Assembly (NCBI GenBank): GCA_016702545.1
Contig: JADJDT010000005.1
Span: forward strand, 274,991 to 338,990
DNA length: 64,000 nt
Source of the DNA: Pseudomonadota bacterium
GTDB lineage: Bacteria; Myxococcota_A; Polyangia; GCA-2747355
Reading direction: 5' to 3'
Shown: positions 10,401-18,522 of the stretch, one piece after another
Numbering within the stretch: the stretch's first letter is position 1
How the letters are laid out: each line of letters opens with the position of its first letter
Position numbers and translations under genes: made by a program
Notes under the pieces: model-generated
Seen by the model: the letters and a program-made list of their open reading frames with translations, nothing else
The model's database searches: none
Told to the model about the DNA's origin: nothing

Positions 10401-10826
10401 GGCGGCAGCGAGCAGGCCTTCTGCACCGCCACCGACGCGCTCGGCACCGCCTGCGCCGCCGGCAGCGCCATCGCCTCCGGCGTCGTCGTGCTCTGGAGCG
10501 GCAGCCACCTCGGCCGCCTGCTCTTCGCCACCGCCGACGGCCACCTGCGCCTGCTCAACGCCGACGGCTCGCTGGTCTGGAAGACCGCCAGCCCGATCCC
10601 CGGCGCCAGCCTGCCCCTGGCCATCCCCGAGCGCGACAGCCTCTTCGTCGGCGCCACCGACGGCAAGCTCCGCGAGCTCAGCCTCACCACCGGCGCGGTG
10701 CTCAGCACCCAGACCGTCGGCCCCGGCACCGCCGCGGTGGGCAGCCCGACCTACGACACGCGCGCCAACATGCTCTACGTCGGGACCTCCACGGGCGTCC
10801 TCTACCGCTACAACCTGTCGCCCTAG
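4478..10826 (+). CDS. giant multi-beta-propeller lipoprotein (2x RCC1, BNR/Ycf48-like, PQQ-like); frame broken near 10392 in this sequence
   Basis: Lipobox FGLGC. The layout is (NAM)20, then Cys-rich CGNGVVDSGEQCD, then seven CWGxNxxGQLGDGT RCC1 blades at about 6047-7141. A second set of seven follows at about 7289-8341, then CGNxxCxxGExCxxCPGDCGxC repeats at 8348-8728. TTNGGTSWTAL blades run at about 8765-9592 and PQQ-like repeats to the end. The track ORF turns to Arg-rich junk after ...GSGCTS. The sensible reading (VFGGSEQAFCTATDALG...LYRYNLSP) continues in frame 3 to TAG at 10824-10826, which is track ORF 10488..10826. Confidence 0.8.
4628..4807 (+). repeat. perfect tandem repeat, 20 x AACGCGATG, in frame, encoding (Asn-Ala-Met)20
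   Basis: Counted directly: 180 nt from 4628 to 4807 with no mismatch. It is flanked by the degenerate units AATGCGGCC and AACAGCGTC. Confidence 0.95.
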
Positions 10827-10968
10827 AACCTGCTGCGCGGCCCGGGGGCGGCGTCGCGGCTCCGTTCCGGTGCTGCTCACATACCCGCCCGTATGCTGCG
10901 CTCCGGTACTCGCCGCTCCTTGCCCGCGGGCCGCTCGCGACGGTTCTAGGGCAGCTGCGTTCAGGGGC

Positions 10969-12681
10969 CTACGTCACCTGCTGCGCAGCCCCGCGGGCCG
11001 AGCGCCGAGCGCCGAGCACGCCGTAGCTCTTCAGCTTGCGGTAGAGCGTTGCCGAGCCGATGCGTAGCTGCTCGGCGGTACGGGTCTGGTTGCCACCGTT
11101 CAGCTCGAGCGCCGCCAGGATGTACTCCTTCTCGATCTCCTCGAGCGGCCGCACCGCGCCGTCGGTGACCGTCGGCCTGGGGGTCGCCTGGCGCACCTCC
11201 TCGGGCAGATCCTCGAGCTCCACGCGAGTCCCGCGCGCGAGCGCCACCGCACGCTCCATCGCGTTGGAGAGCTCGCGCACGTTGCCCGGCCACTGATGGC
11301 GCAGGAGCTGGTCCGCGGCGCTCGGCGCCAGGCCCGCAAGCTTGCGCTTCATCCCGAGCGCCGACTCGGCGAGCAGCACCCGCGCGAGCGGCAGAATGTC
11401 ATCCCTGCGCTCGCGCAAGGCCGGCACGCGCAGCTCCACGACCTTCAACCGGTAATAGAGGTCTTGCCGAAAGGCGCCGCCAGCGACCCCATGCGCGAGG
11501 TCGCGATTGGTCGCCGCCAGCACGCGCACATCAACGCGCCTATTCTTGTTCTCGCCGACGCGCCGGACCTCGCGCTCCTGCAGCGCACGCAGCAGCTTGA
11601 CCTGCATCCCGGGCGACACCTCACCCACCTCGTCCAGCAGCAGCGTCCCGCAGTTGGCCGCCTCGAAGAGCCCCGGTCGGTCCTGCGTCGCGCCGGTGAA
11701 CGCGCCCCGCGCGTGGCCGAAGAGCTCACTTTCGAGCAGGGACTCCGTGACGGCGCCGCAGTTGAAGGCGATGAAGGGCCCGGTCGCGCGCGTGGACTCC
11801 TCGTGCACGAGCCGCGCGATCCGTTCCTTGCCCGCTCCGCTCTCCCCGGTGATCAGCACGGTGGAATCGACCTTGGCCACGCGACGGGCCAGGTCCAGCA
11901 GCTGGACCATCGGCGGGCTCTTGGCGACGATGCCCAGCGGCTCCGCCACATCACGGGCGACGCGCACCAGCGCCCGCTGGTGCGTGCGCAGCTTGCGCTC
12001 GGCGAGCTTCAGCGTCTCGATCACCCGCTGAAGCGAGACCTCCAGGCACTCCGTGAGGCGGGTCGGCGCGAAGAAGCGCAGCTCCTCGGCGCGCTCGTCA
12101 CCCCACTCCTCGCGGGTGCGGCCGAAGAGGTGGCACGCCGCGTCGCCCTTGCCGATGCAGCGATCTTCGAGCACGTAGATCTCTCGGCCGGCGATCCGGC
12201 TGAGATAACCACTGGTGAGCCCGCAAATGGTCCAGCACATCGGCGCATCGGCACGACCGAAGTGCAGCAGATGCTGCTCCGCCTCGTAGGAGGCGACGAT
12301 CATCACACCCTGCTTGGCGAGAGGACCCACGCCGCCCGCCTCGACGCGGAAGAGCCCCTCGAGGGCGTGTATGCGCGTGCCCGCCCGTACCCAGTCCTCG
12401 TCGCTCTCCCACTTGAACTCGGCCTTCATCGCCTCCGCCATGCGCCAGCCGTGGGCGAAGCCGAACTGGGTGAGCACGGTGCGCGCGGCCGTCAGGCCGA
12501 AGTTCTCGACGAGGTACTTGCGCAACAGCCCCATCGCCACGGCATCCACCAGCAGCGCACGCTGTCCCGCGAAGCGAATCAGGCCGCCCTCGGGGTCCAG
12601 CTCGAGCAGCTCCTCGTGGTCGAGATCGTCAACGCGCATGGCCTGCCCCGTTCCGTCGAATTGATGGCCAAGGTACGTCAT
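10969..12681 (-). CDS. sigma-54-dependent transcriptional activator with XylR/DmpR-type V4R sensor domain
   Basis: N-terminal region FGFAHGWRMAEA...PMCWTICGLTSGYLSRIAGREIYVLEDRCIGKGDAACHLFG is V4R-like. AAA+ motifs are GESGAGKE, ESELFGH and GAFTGA. The C-terminus carries a Fis-type HTH (NQTRTAEQLRIGSATLYRKLK). Start taken at ATG 12681, with alternatives GTG 12702 and ATG 12639. Confidence 0.85.
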   Translation of the reverse strand: MTYLGHQFDGTGQAMRVDDLDHEELLELDPEGGLIRFAGQRALLVDAVAMGLLRKYLVENFGLTAARTVLTQFGFAHGWRMAEAMKAEFKWESDEDWVRAGTRIHALEGLFRVEAGGVGPLAKQGVMIVASYEAEQHLLHFGRADAPMCWTICGLTSGYLSRIAGREIYVLEDRCIGKGDAACHLFGRTREEWGDERAEELRFFAPTRLTECLEVSLQRVIETLKLAERKLRTHQRALVRVARDVAEPLGIVAKSPPMVQLLDLARRVAKVDSTVLITGESGAGKERIARLVHEESTRATGPFIAFNCGAVTESLLESELFGHARGAFTGATQDRPGLFEAANCGTLLLDEVGEVSPGMQVKLLRALQEREVRRVGENKNRRVDVRVLAATNRDLAHGVAGGAFRQDLYYRLKVVELRVPALRERRDDILPLARVLLAESALGMKRKLAGLAPSAADQLLRHQWPGNVRELSNAMERAVALARGTRVELEDLPEEVRQATPRPTVTDGAVRPLEEIEKEYILAALELNGGNQTRTAEQLRIGSATLYRKLKSYGVLGARRSARGAAQQVT

Positions 12682-12752
12682 CTTGACCGCTCCGATCACC
12701 ACCGAAGATCAACCATTCCGCTAAGCCCTCGTGTTGATGAGCTTCCTTCGTT

Positions 12753-12768
12753 TGGCCCGCAAGCTGCT
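12753..12768 (+). promoter_or_regulatory. candidate sigma-54 (-24/-12) promoter
   Basis: TGGCCC-GCAAG-CTGCT matches TGGCAC-N5-TTGCW, with GG and GC at the canonical spacing. It lies about 175 nt upstream of ATG 12942 and is divergent from the adjacent sigma-54 activator gene. Confidence 0.35.
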
Positions 12769-12941
12769 CTACCGCGTTGACGCAATGTAGGGAGTTCCAC
12801 TACCGGAGCTCTCGCGTGACGCGCGCGGGGCGCGCCATACCCAGGGTGGCCGCGGGAGGCCGGGGCACCCCCGACAGGACCGACGAGGGCTCGGCCCACC
12901 GAGCCGCGTGACACACGTCGAACCCGTAGGAGCAGCTTCAC

Positions 12942-13565
12942 ATGAGGAAATCACCAGAGCACTGCAAGCGGCAAACGAGCCCGAGTGCTGGACCGCGCGC
13001 CCACTTCGCGCGTGCGGTCCAGCGCCTGACCCTCCTCGTCTTGGGCTCGGCGCTGGCAAGCGGCTGTGCCGCAGCGGAGGGCCAGTCGACCACCGCGCCC
13101 AAGGCGCGCACGCCCGCGGCAGTCGCAAGCGCGACGGGCGCAAGCTCCACTAAGGCCAGGACAGGCACGCCCGCGGCAGCAGGTCAGCCGCGTGACCCCA
13201 CCTACGCGCAGAAGCAAGCGCTGGTGGGGGACATGGGCCGTCGGCTGGTCGAGCTCCAGCGGGAGATCGACCAGCTCTCAGCGCAGGTCGACAGGTCACG
13301 CGCCGCTGCCCGCGCCGACGCCAAGGCGAAGCTCGCGATCGTGCGCCAGCAATGGACTCGCGCGAAGGAGCAGCTCGACCAGGCGGCCAAGGCCACCGAC
13401 ACCACCTGGGAAACCGTGAAGCGCGGCGTCAGGAAGTCCTACGCCGAGCTGCAGGACTCGTTCGAAGAGACCCGTCAGTGGCTGAGTGACAAGATCGAGC
13501 CGGCGTCAAAACCACCCGCGGCGAGGCCACGCAGCTCGGGCCGTAACGCCAAAAGCAAGGAGTGA
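12942..13565 (+). CDS. coiled-coil lipoprotein, unknown function
   Basis: AGGAG sits 9 nt upstream of the ATG. Lipobox LASGC. The C-terminal half is heptad-like (LVELQREIDQLSAQV...) and shares the motif TxxxW-ExxKxGVxxxYxELQxxF with the 13797 product. Confidence 0.6.
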   Translation: MRKSPEHCKRQTSPSAGPRAHFARAVQRLTLLVLGSALASGCAAAEGQSTTAPKARTPAAVASATGASSTKARTGTPAAAGQPRDPTYAQKQALVGDMGRRLVELQREIDQLSAQVDRSRAAARADAKAKLAIVRQQWTRAKEQLDQAAKATDTTWETVKRGVRKSYAELQDSFEETRQWLSDKIEPASKPPAARPRSSGRNAKSKE

Positions 13566-13571
13566 AGTGCC

Positions 13572-13763
13572 ATGCCACTGCTTCAAATCATCATTCTTCT
13601 GATCGTCGTCGGGGTGCTGCTGTGGCTCGCGAACACCTACATCCCGATGGACGGCAAGATCAAGAAGATCCTGAATGTCGTGGTCGTGGTCGCAGTCGTT
13701 CTATGGCTGCTCAGCGTCTTTGGCATCTTTAGCGGATTCTCGACGATTAGGGTGGGACGATAG
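13572..13763 (+). CDS. small two-TM membrane protein (resembles what I recall as the Thivi_2564 family)
   Basis: 63 aa: MPLLQIIILLIVVGVLLWLANTYIPMDGKIKKILNVVVVVAVVLWLLSVFGIF. It has atypically AT-richer hydrophobic codons and starts 7 nt after the upstream stop. Confidence 0.65.
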   Translation: MPLLQIIILLIVVGVLLWLANTYIPMDGKIKKILNVVVVVAVVLWLLSVFGIFSGFSTIRVGR

Positions 13764-13796
13764 CGCTCCAGCGTGGCGCGCCGAAGGGAGACTCAG

Positions 13797-14075
13797 ATGG
13801 AATTCACCCAGGCACATGTTGGCAAAATGGAGGCGCAGCTCAAGCGCTGGGGGTCGCAGCTCGATGGGCTCGTGGCCAAGGCGCACGACGCCGGCACGGA
13901 GGCCAAGGACGACTACCGCCAAGCGGTCGCCGAGCTGAAAGCGAAGCATCAGGCGGCGCAGGCGAAGCTCGACGAGCTACGGACAGCCGGCACCGACAAG
14001 TGGGATGGCTTCAAGACCGGCGTGGAGAGCGCCTGGAGCGAACTTGAGGCTGCCTTCAAGAAGCTAAGGCATTAG
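13797..14075 (+). CDS. small coiled-coil protein, paralogous to the C-terminus of the 12942 product
   Basis: GGGAG sits upstream of ATG 13797, inside track ORF 13773..14075. The sequence is charged and helical: KDDYRQAVAELKAKHQAAQAKLDELRTAGTDKWDGFKTGVESAWSELEAAFKKL. Confidence 0.6.
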   Translation: MEFTQAHVGKMEAQLKRWGSQLDGLVAKAHDAGTEAKDDYRQAVAELKAKHQAAQAKLDELRTAGTDKWDGFKTGVESAWSELEAAFKKLRH

Positions 14076-14111
14076 GCGTTAGCGAAAGCCGTAGCCAGGA
14101 GAGGTGCAATC

Positions 14112-14264
14112 ATGCTGTGGACCATCGCCGTCATCTTTCTGCTGCTGTGGGGGCTTGGCTTGATCACCTCCTACACCCTAGGAGGGTTCATCCACCTGCT
14201 GCTCGTGCTAGCGGTCGTGGTGGTGCTCGTCCGGATCATCCAGGGCCGGCGCGTTACCGGCTGA
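14112..14264 (+). CDS. 50-aa membrane protein (lmo0937-like family as I recall it)
   Basis: Not in the ORF track (under 60 aa). AGGAGAGG sits 7 nt upstream of ATG 14112. My translation is MLWTIAVIFLLLWGLGLITSYTLGGFIHLLLVLAVVVVLVRIIQGRRVTG, ending at TGA 14262-14264. Confidence 0.7.
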   Translation: MLWTIAVIFLLLWGLGLITSYTLGGFIHLLLVLAVVVVLVRIIQGRRVTG

Positions 14265-14333
14265 TGGGGGCGCGCCGCGTTGGTCGCCGAGGGGCGTGGC
14301 GCGATCTCGTTCGCGCCTCGAAGGGAGGACCTC

Positions 14334-16655
14334 TTGCAGCTTGACGAGAAGCACCGACCGGCGGCGGAGCTCCGCAAGGTCGCGATCCTGGGCAATCATC
14401 TGCCGCGGCAGTGCGGCATCGCGACCTTCACCGCCGACCTGAGCGAGGCGCTGAGCGCCGCCCGCCCCGCGCTCGAGTGTGTCGTGCTGGCGATGAATGA
14501 GCCTGGCCGGCGCCACGCCTATCCCGAGCGGGTGCGCTTCGAGATCGCGGCGGCCGACCTCACCTCCTATCAGCGCGCGGCGGACTTCCTCAACGTCAAC
14601 GGCGTGGACCTCGTCTCCGTCCAGCACGAGTACGGCATCTTCGGCGGCAAGGCGGGCAAGCACGTGCTGACGTTGCTGCGTGAGCTGCGCATGCCCTGCG
14701 TGACCACGCTGCACACGATCCTCGCCGCGCCGGATCCCCTGCAGCGGCTCGCGATGGATGAGCTCACGCAGCTCTCCGAGCGCCTGGTCGTGATGAGCGT
14801 CGAGGGTGGCGCCCTGCTGCGCTCGGTTCATGGCGTGCCCGCCGAGAAGATCGACGTCATCCCGCACGGGATTCCAGAGATCCTCCTCACCCGCCACGGC
14901 AAGCATCAGCTCGGGGTCGAGGGCAAGGCGGTGATTCTGACCTTCGGCTTGCTGTCGCCGGACAAGGGCATCGAATACGTCATCGACGCGCTGCCGGCGA
15001 TCCTCGCGCGGCACCCCGAGACGGTCTACGTGGTCACCGGCGCCACCCATCCGCAGATCATGGAACGCCAGGGCGAGACCTACCGCCTGATGCTGGAGGC
15101 GCGCGCGAAGCGGCTCGGCGTGGCCTCCAGCCTGATCTTTCATAATCGCTTCGTCAGTAAGACGGAGCTGGCCGAGTTCCTCTCCGCCGCCGACCTCTAC
15201 ATCACGCCCTATCTCAAGCCGGAGCAGATTACCTCGGGCACGCTGGCCTACGCCGTCGGCGCCGGCAAGGCGGTGATCTCGACGCCCTATTCGTACGCGC
15301 GCGAGCTGCTCGCCGACGGACGCGGGGTGCTCGTGCCGTGGAGAGACCCGGGGGCCATCGCACGCGCGGTGGTCGAGCTGCTCGGCGACGACGCCAAGCG
15401 CCACGCGCTGCGCGAGCGCGCCGCGGCCTACGGTCGCAGCATGCTCTGGCCGCAGGTCGCTCAGTCCTATCTCAGGAGCTTCGAGCAGGCTGCCGCCGAG
15501 CACACCGCGCGGCGGCGCACGGTGTTTCGTGCGAAGACCCTCGCCGAGCGGCCGCTCGAGTTGCCCGAGGTCAAGCTCGACCACCTGAGCCTGCTGAGCG
15601 ATCAGACGGGGATCTTGCAGCACGCCGCCTTCAGCGTGCCGCGCTACGATGATGGCTATTGCCTGGATGACAACGCCCGCGCCCTGCTGCTGACAACGCT
15701 GCTGGAGGAGGCGGGCACCGACGACGCCCGGGGCGTGCGCACGCTGGCCGCGCGCTTTCTGGCCTTCGTCAACCATGCCTTCGATCCGCGCCAACGCCGC
15801 TTCAAGAACTTCCTCTCGTACGCGCGCCAGTGGACCGAGGCGTGCGGCTCGGAGGACTGCCACGGACGGGCGCTGTGGGCGCTCGGCACGGTCATCGGCC
15901 ACTCGGATGATCCCGGGCGGCGCAGCCTCGCCGACGCGCTCTTTCATGCGGCGCTGCCGGCGGTTGTTGACTTCAGCAGCCCGCGCGCCTGGGCCTACAC
16001 GCTGCTGGGCATCGACGGCTACCTGCATGCGTTCCAGGGCGAGCGCGGGGTGCAGGCCCTTCGCCGCCAGCTCGCCGAGCGGCTGCTTGAGCTGTTTCAG
16101 CGCGCGAGCAGCCCCGACTGGCCCTGGTTCGAGCCGCGGGCGACCTACGCCAACGCGCGGCTGTCGGAGGCGCTGCTCGTCTCGGGTTGGCGCCTCGAGC
16201 ACGCCGAGATGCAGGCGGCGGCCTTGAGCTCGCTCAAATGGCTGGCGCGGGTGCAGCGCTCAACAGAGGGGTACTTCGCGCCGATCGGTGCGGATGGCTT
16301 CTACGAGCAGGGCGGGAGCAAGGCCTCCTTCGATCAGCAGCCGATCGAGGCTTGCGCCATGATCTCGGCCTGTCTGCTGGCGCAGCGCGTGACCGACGAT
16401 CCCCGGTGGGGCGAGGAAGCGCGCCGCGCCTTCGACTGGTTTCTCGGGCAAAACCAGCTGCAGCAGCCGCTCTACGACGCCGCCACCGGCGCCTGTCGCG
16501 ACGGCCTGCATGCCGACCGCCCGAACGAGAACCGGGGCGCCGAGTCGACGCTCTCGTTTCTTTTGGCGCTGCTCGAAATGCGCTCGGCGGAGCATTCCGC
16601 CCGTTGGGATCGCGCGGACACCCTGACCGCAAGACGGGAGACGACCACCCCATGA
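14334..16655 (+). CDS. family-4 glycosyltransferase fused to a C-terminal alpha-helical (alpha/alpha-barrel-like) domain
   Basis: The N-terminal half is GT4-like (KVAILGNHLPRQCGIATFTADL...ITPYLKPEQITSGTLAYAVGAGKAVISTPY). The C-terminal ~380 aa is helical (YCLDDNARALLL...GRALWALG...ANARLSEALL). Start is uncertain: TTG 14334 follows GGGAGGA, and the track start is GTG 14280. Confidence 0.8.
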   Translation: MQLDEKHRPAAELRKVAILGNHLPRQCGIATFTADLSEALSAARPALECVVLAMNEPGRRHAYPERVRFEIAAADLTSYQRAADFLNVNGVDLVSVQHEYGIFGGKAGKHVLTLLRELRMPCVTTLHTILAAPDPLQRLAMDELTQLSERLVVMSVEGGALLRSVHGVPAEKIDVIPHGIPEILLTRHGKHQLGVEGKAVILTFGLLSPDKGIEYVIDALPAILARHPETVYVVTGATHPQIMERQGETYRLMLEARAKRLGVASSLIFHNRFVSKTELAEFLSAADLYITPYLKPEQITSGTLAYAVGAGKAVISTPYSYARELLADGRGVLVPWRDPGAIARAVVELLGDDAKRHALRERAAAYGRSMLWPQVAQSYLRSFEQAAAEHTARRRTVFRAKTLAERPLELPEVKLDHLSLLSDQTGILQHAAFSVPRYDDGYCLDDNARALLLTTLLEEAGTDDARGVRTLAARFLAFVNHAFDPRQRRFKNFLSYARQWTEACGSEDCHGRALWALGTVIGHSDDPGRRSLADALFHAALPAVVDFSSPRAWAYTLLGIDGYLHAFQGERGVQALRRQLAERLLELFQRASSPDWPWFEPRATYANARLSEALLVSGWRLEHAEMQAAALSSLKWLARVQRSTEGYFAPIGADGFYEQGGSKASFDQQPIEACAMISACLLAQRVTDDPRWGEEARRAFDWFLGQNQLQQPLYDAATGACRDGLHADRPNENRGAESTLSFLLALLEMRSAEHSARWDRADTLTARRETTTP

Positions 16656-17614
16656 GCTCCAACACGAAGGCCAACGGCTATGAACAGCTGCTGCATCGGC
16701 ACAGCGCGAATCCGATTCTGAGCGCTGCGGACTGGCCTTACCCGGTGCACACCGTCTTCAACGCGGGCGCGACCCGCCTACGCGACGGGACGACCCTGCT
16801 GCTGTGCCGAGTCGAGGATCGACGCGGCCTCTCGCACCTGTGCGCGGCGCGGTCGGCGAACGGGGTGGACGGGTGGGTGGTCGACGCCGAGCCCACGCTT
16901 TGGCCTGATCCAGAGCATTATCCCGAGGAACTCTGGGGCATCGAGGACCCTCGCATCACCTATGTCGAGGAGCTTGGACGCTACGTGGTCGCCTACACGG
17001 CCTTCACCAGGGGAGGCCCCGGCGTGGCCCTGGCGCTGACGGAGGACTTCCGCACCTTCGAGCGCTACGGCCTGATCATGCAGCCCGACGACAAGGATGC
17101 GGCCCTGCTGCCGCGGCGGATCGACGGCAACTTCGCCCTCGTGCACCGCCCGATGACCGACTCCGGGGCGCACATCTGGATCTCGTTCTCGCCCGACCTG
17201 CGCAACTGGGGCAGTCACAAACTGCTGCTGCCGGCACGCAAGGGCGGGTGGTGGGACGCCAACAAGGTCGGGCTCTCGCCGCCGCTGATCGAGACCTCGC
17301 GCGGCTGGCTGATGCTCTATCACGGCGTGCGGCACAACGCGTCGGGAGCGCTCTACCGGATCGGTGTGGCGCTGTTCGCGCTCGACAAGCCCGAGCACTG
17401 CCTCTTGCGCGGCGATTCGTGGATCTTCGGCCCCGAGGCATCCTACGAGTGCGAGGGCGACGTGGGCAACGTCGTCTTCCCCTGCGGCTTCACGCTCGGC
17501 GCCGACCAGGACACGCTGCACCTTTATTACGGCGCGGCGGATAGCAGCGTGGCGCTCGCCACCGGGAGCGTGCGCGAGCTGCTGCACTGGCTCGATGGCC
17601 ATGGCTTGGCCTAG
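16652..17614 (+). CDS. GH130-family glycoside phosphorylase/hydrolase
   Basis: ATG 16652 overlaps the upstream TGA (ATGA). Peptide NPILSAADWPYPVHTVFNAGATRLRDGTTLLLCRVEDRRG...WGIEDPRITYV...DKDAALLPRRIDGNFALVHRP is typical of GH130. The upstream part of track ORF 16187.. is Arg-rich junk. Confidence 0.8.
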   Translation: MSSNTKANGYEQLLHRHSANPILSAADWPYPVHTVFNAGATRLRDGTTLLLCRVEDRRGLSHLCAARSANGVDGWVVDAEPTLWPDPEHYPEELWGIEDPRITYVEELGRYVVAYTAFTRGGPGVALALTEDFRTFERYGLIMQPDDKDAALLPRRIDGNFALVHRPMTDSGAHIWISFSPDLRNWGSHKLLLPARKGGWWDANKVGLSPPLIETSRGWLMLYHGVRHNASGALYRIGVALFALDKPEHCLLRGDSWIFGPEASYECEGDVGNVVFPCGFTLGADQDTLHLYYGAADSSVALATGSVRELLHWLDGHGLA

Positions 17615-17693
17615 GAGCGAAGGGGGGTTGGCAGCGGGCAACGGGAGGACGGGGTAGGCCGAACGCCACAGGGGCAGGAGGAGAGGCGGGCGG

Positions 17694-18419
17694 ATGATCA
17701 CGCTGCGCAGGGCCGACGAGCGACGCTTCGAGCGCCACGGCAAACAGGAGGTGTGGCGCACCTTCGATGCCTCGGCTGCGGCGGACCCGCTGGCCCACGG
17801 CTTCGGCGCCCTCGAGGGCCTCCACGAGCTCCGGCTCCAGCCGGGAGCGAAACAGGCGCGGCGACCAGCGGCCGCTCACGAGGGGGAGATCGTCACCTAC
17901 GTGCGCGAAGGCGCGCTGGCCTATGAGGACTCGCTGGGCCGCTCGGGCGTGATCCAGGCCGGGGAGTTCCAGCGCCTGACCGCCGGACGCGGTCTGCGCC
18001 ACCACGAGGCGAACGCCTCGCGCAGTGACAGCGCGCAGGTGCTTCAGCTCTGCTTGCGGCCCGGAGCCGGAGCGGCGACACGCGTGGGTGGGCACGAGCA
18101 CAGGCGCTTCAGCGCCGCCGAGCGTCGGGGTGAACTGTGCGTGGTCGCGTCGCCCGACGCGCGGCGCGGATCGCTGCGCCTCGACCTGAACGCCGTGCTC
18201 TGCTCGGCGCTGCTCGATCGTGGGCAGCACGTGGCCCATGAGCTCGTACCGGGGCGCGGCGCGTGGCTCCACCTCGTGGCCGGCGAGGTCACGCTCGGCG
18301 ACACGGTGCTGACTGCCGGGGACGGCGCCGGCGTGACGGGCGAGCGCGCGGTGTCGCTGACGGCGCGAGCGGCGTCCGAGATCCTGCTGCTCGACGTGGA
18401 CGAGCCGCGCGGCTTCTAG
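17694..18419 (+). CDS. pirin-family (bicupin) protein
   Basis: AGGAGGAG sits upstream of the ATG. Peptide EIVTYVREGALAYEDSLGRSGVIQAGEFQRLTAGRGLRHHEAN matches the pirin N-domain pattern. The usual HPH metal ligands read AAH here. Confidence 0.75.
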   Translation: MITLRRADERRFERHGKQEVWRTFDASAAADPLAHGFGALEGLHELRLQPGAKQARRPAAAHEGEIVTYVREGALAYEDSLGRSGVIQAGEFQRLTAGRGLRHHEANASRSDSAQVLQLCLRPGAGAATRVGGHEHRRFSAAERRGELCVVASPDARRGSLRLDLNAVLCSALLDRGQHVAHELVPGRGAWLHLVAGEVTLGDTVLTAGDGAGVTGERAVSLTARAASEILLLDVDEPRGF

Positions 18420-18522
18420 GCCGGCTGGCCCCCCAAAAGGGCGCGGCTGAACGAGACGAGCTGGGCTCGAGGGTTTTCGTCGGGCCCTGGGCCGAAAAAT
18501 GCGCTAGGCTGCGCCCCACGAG

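Noticed and set aside
8551-11067. 838-aa plus-strand ORF overlapping the 3' third of the giant gene
   Set aside because: It is an alternative frame with Arg/Gly/His-rich composition and no motifs. The BNR-like and PQQ-like repeats are read in the other frames.
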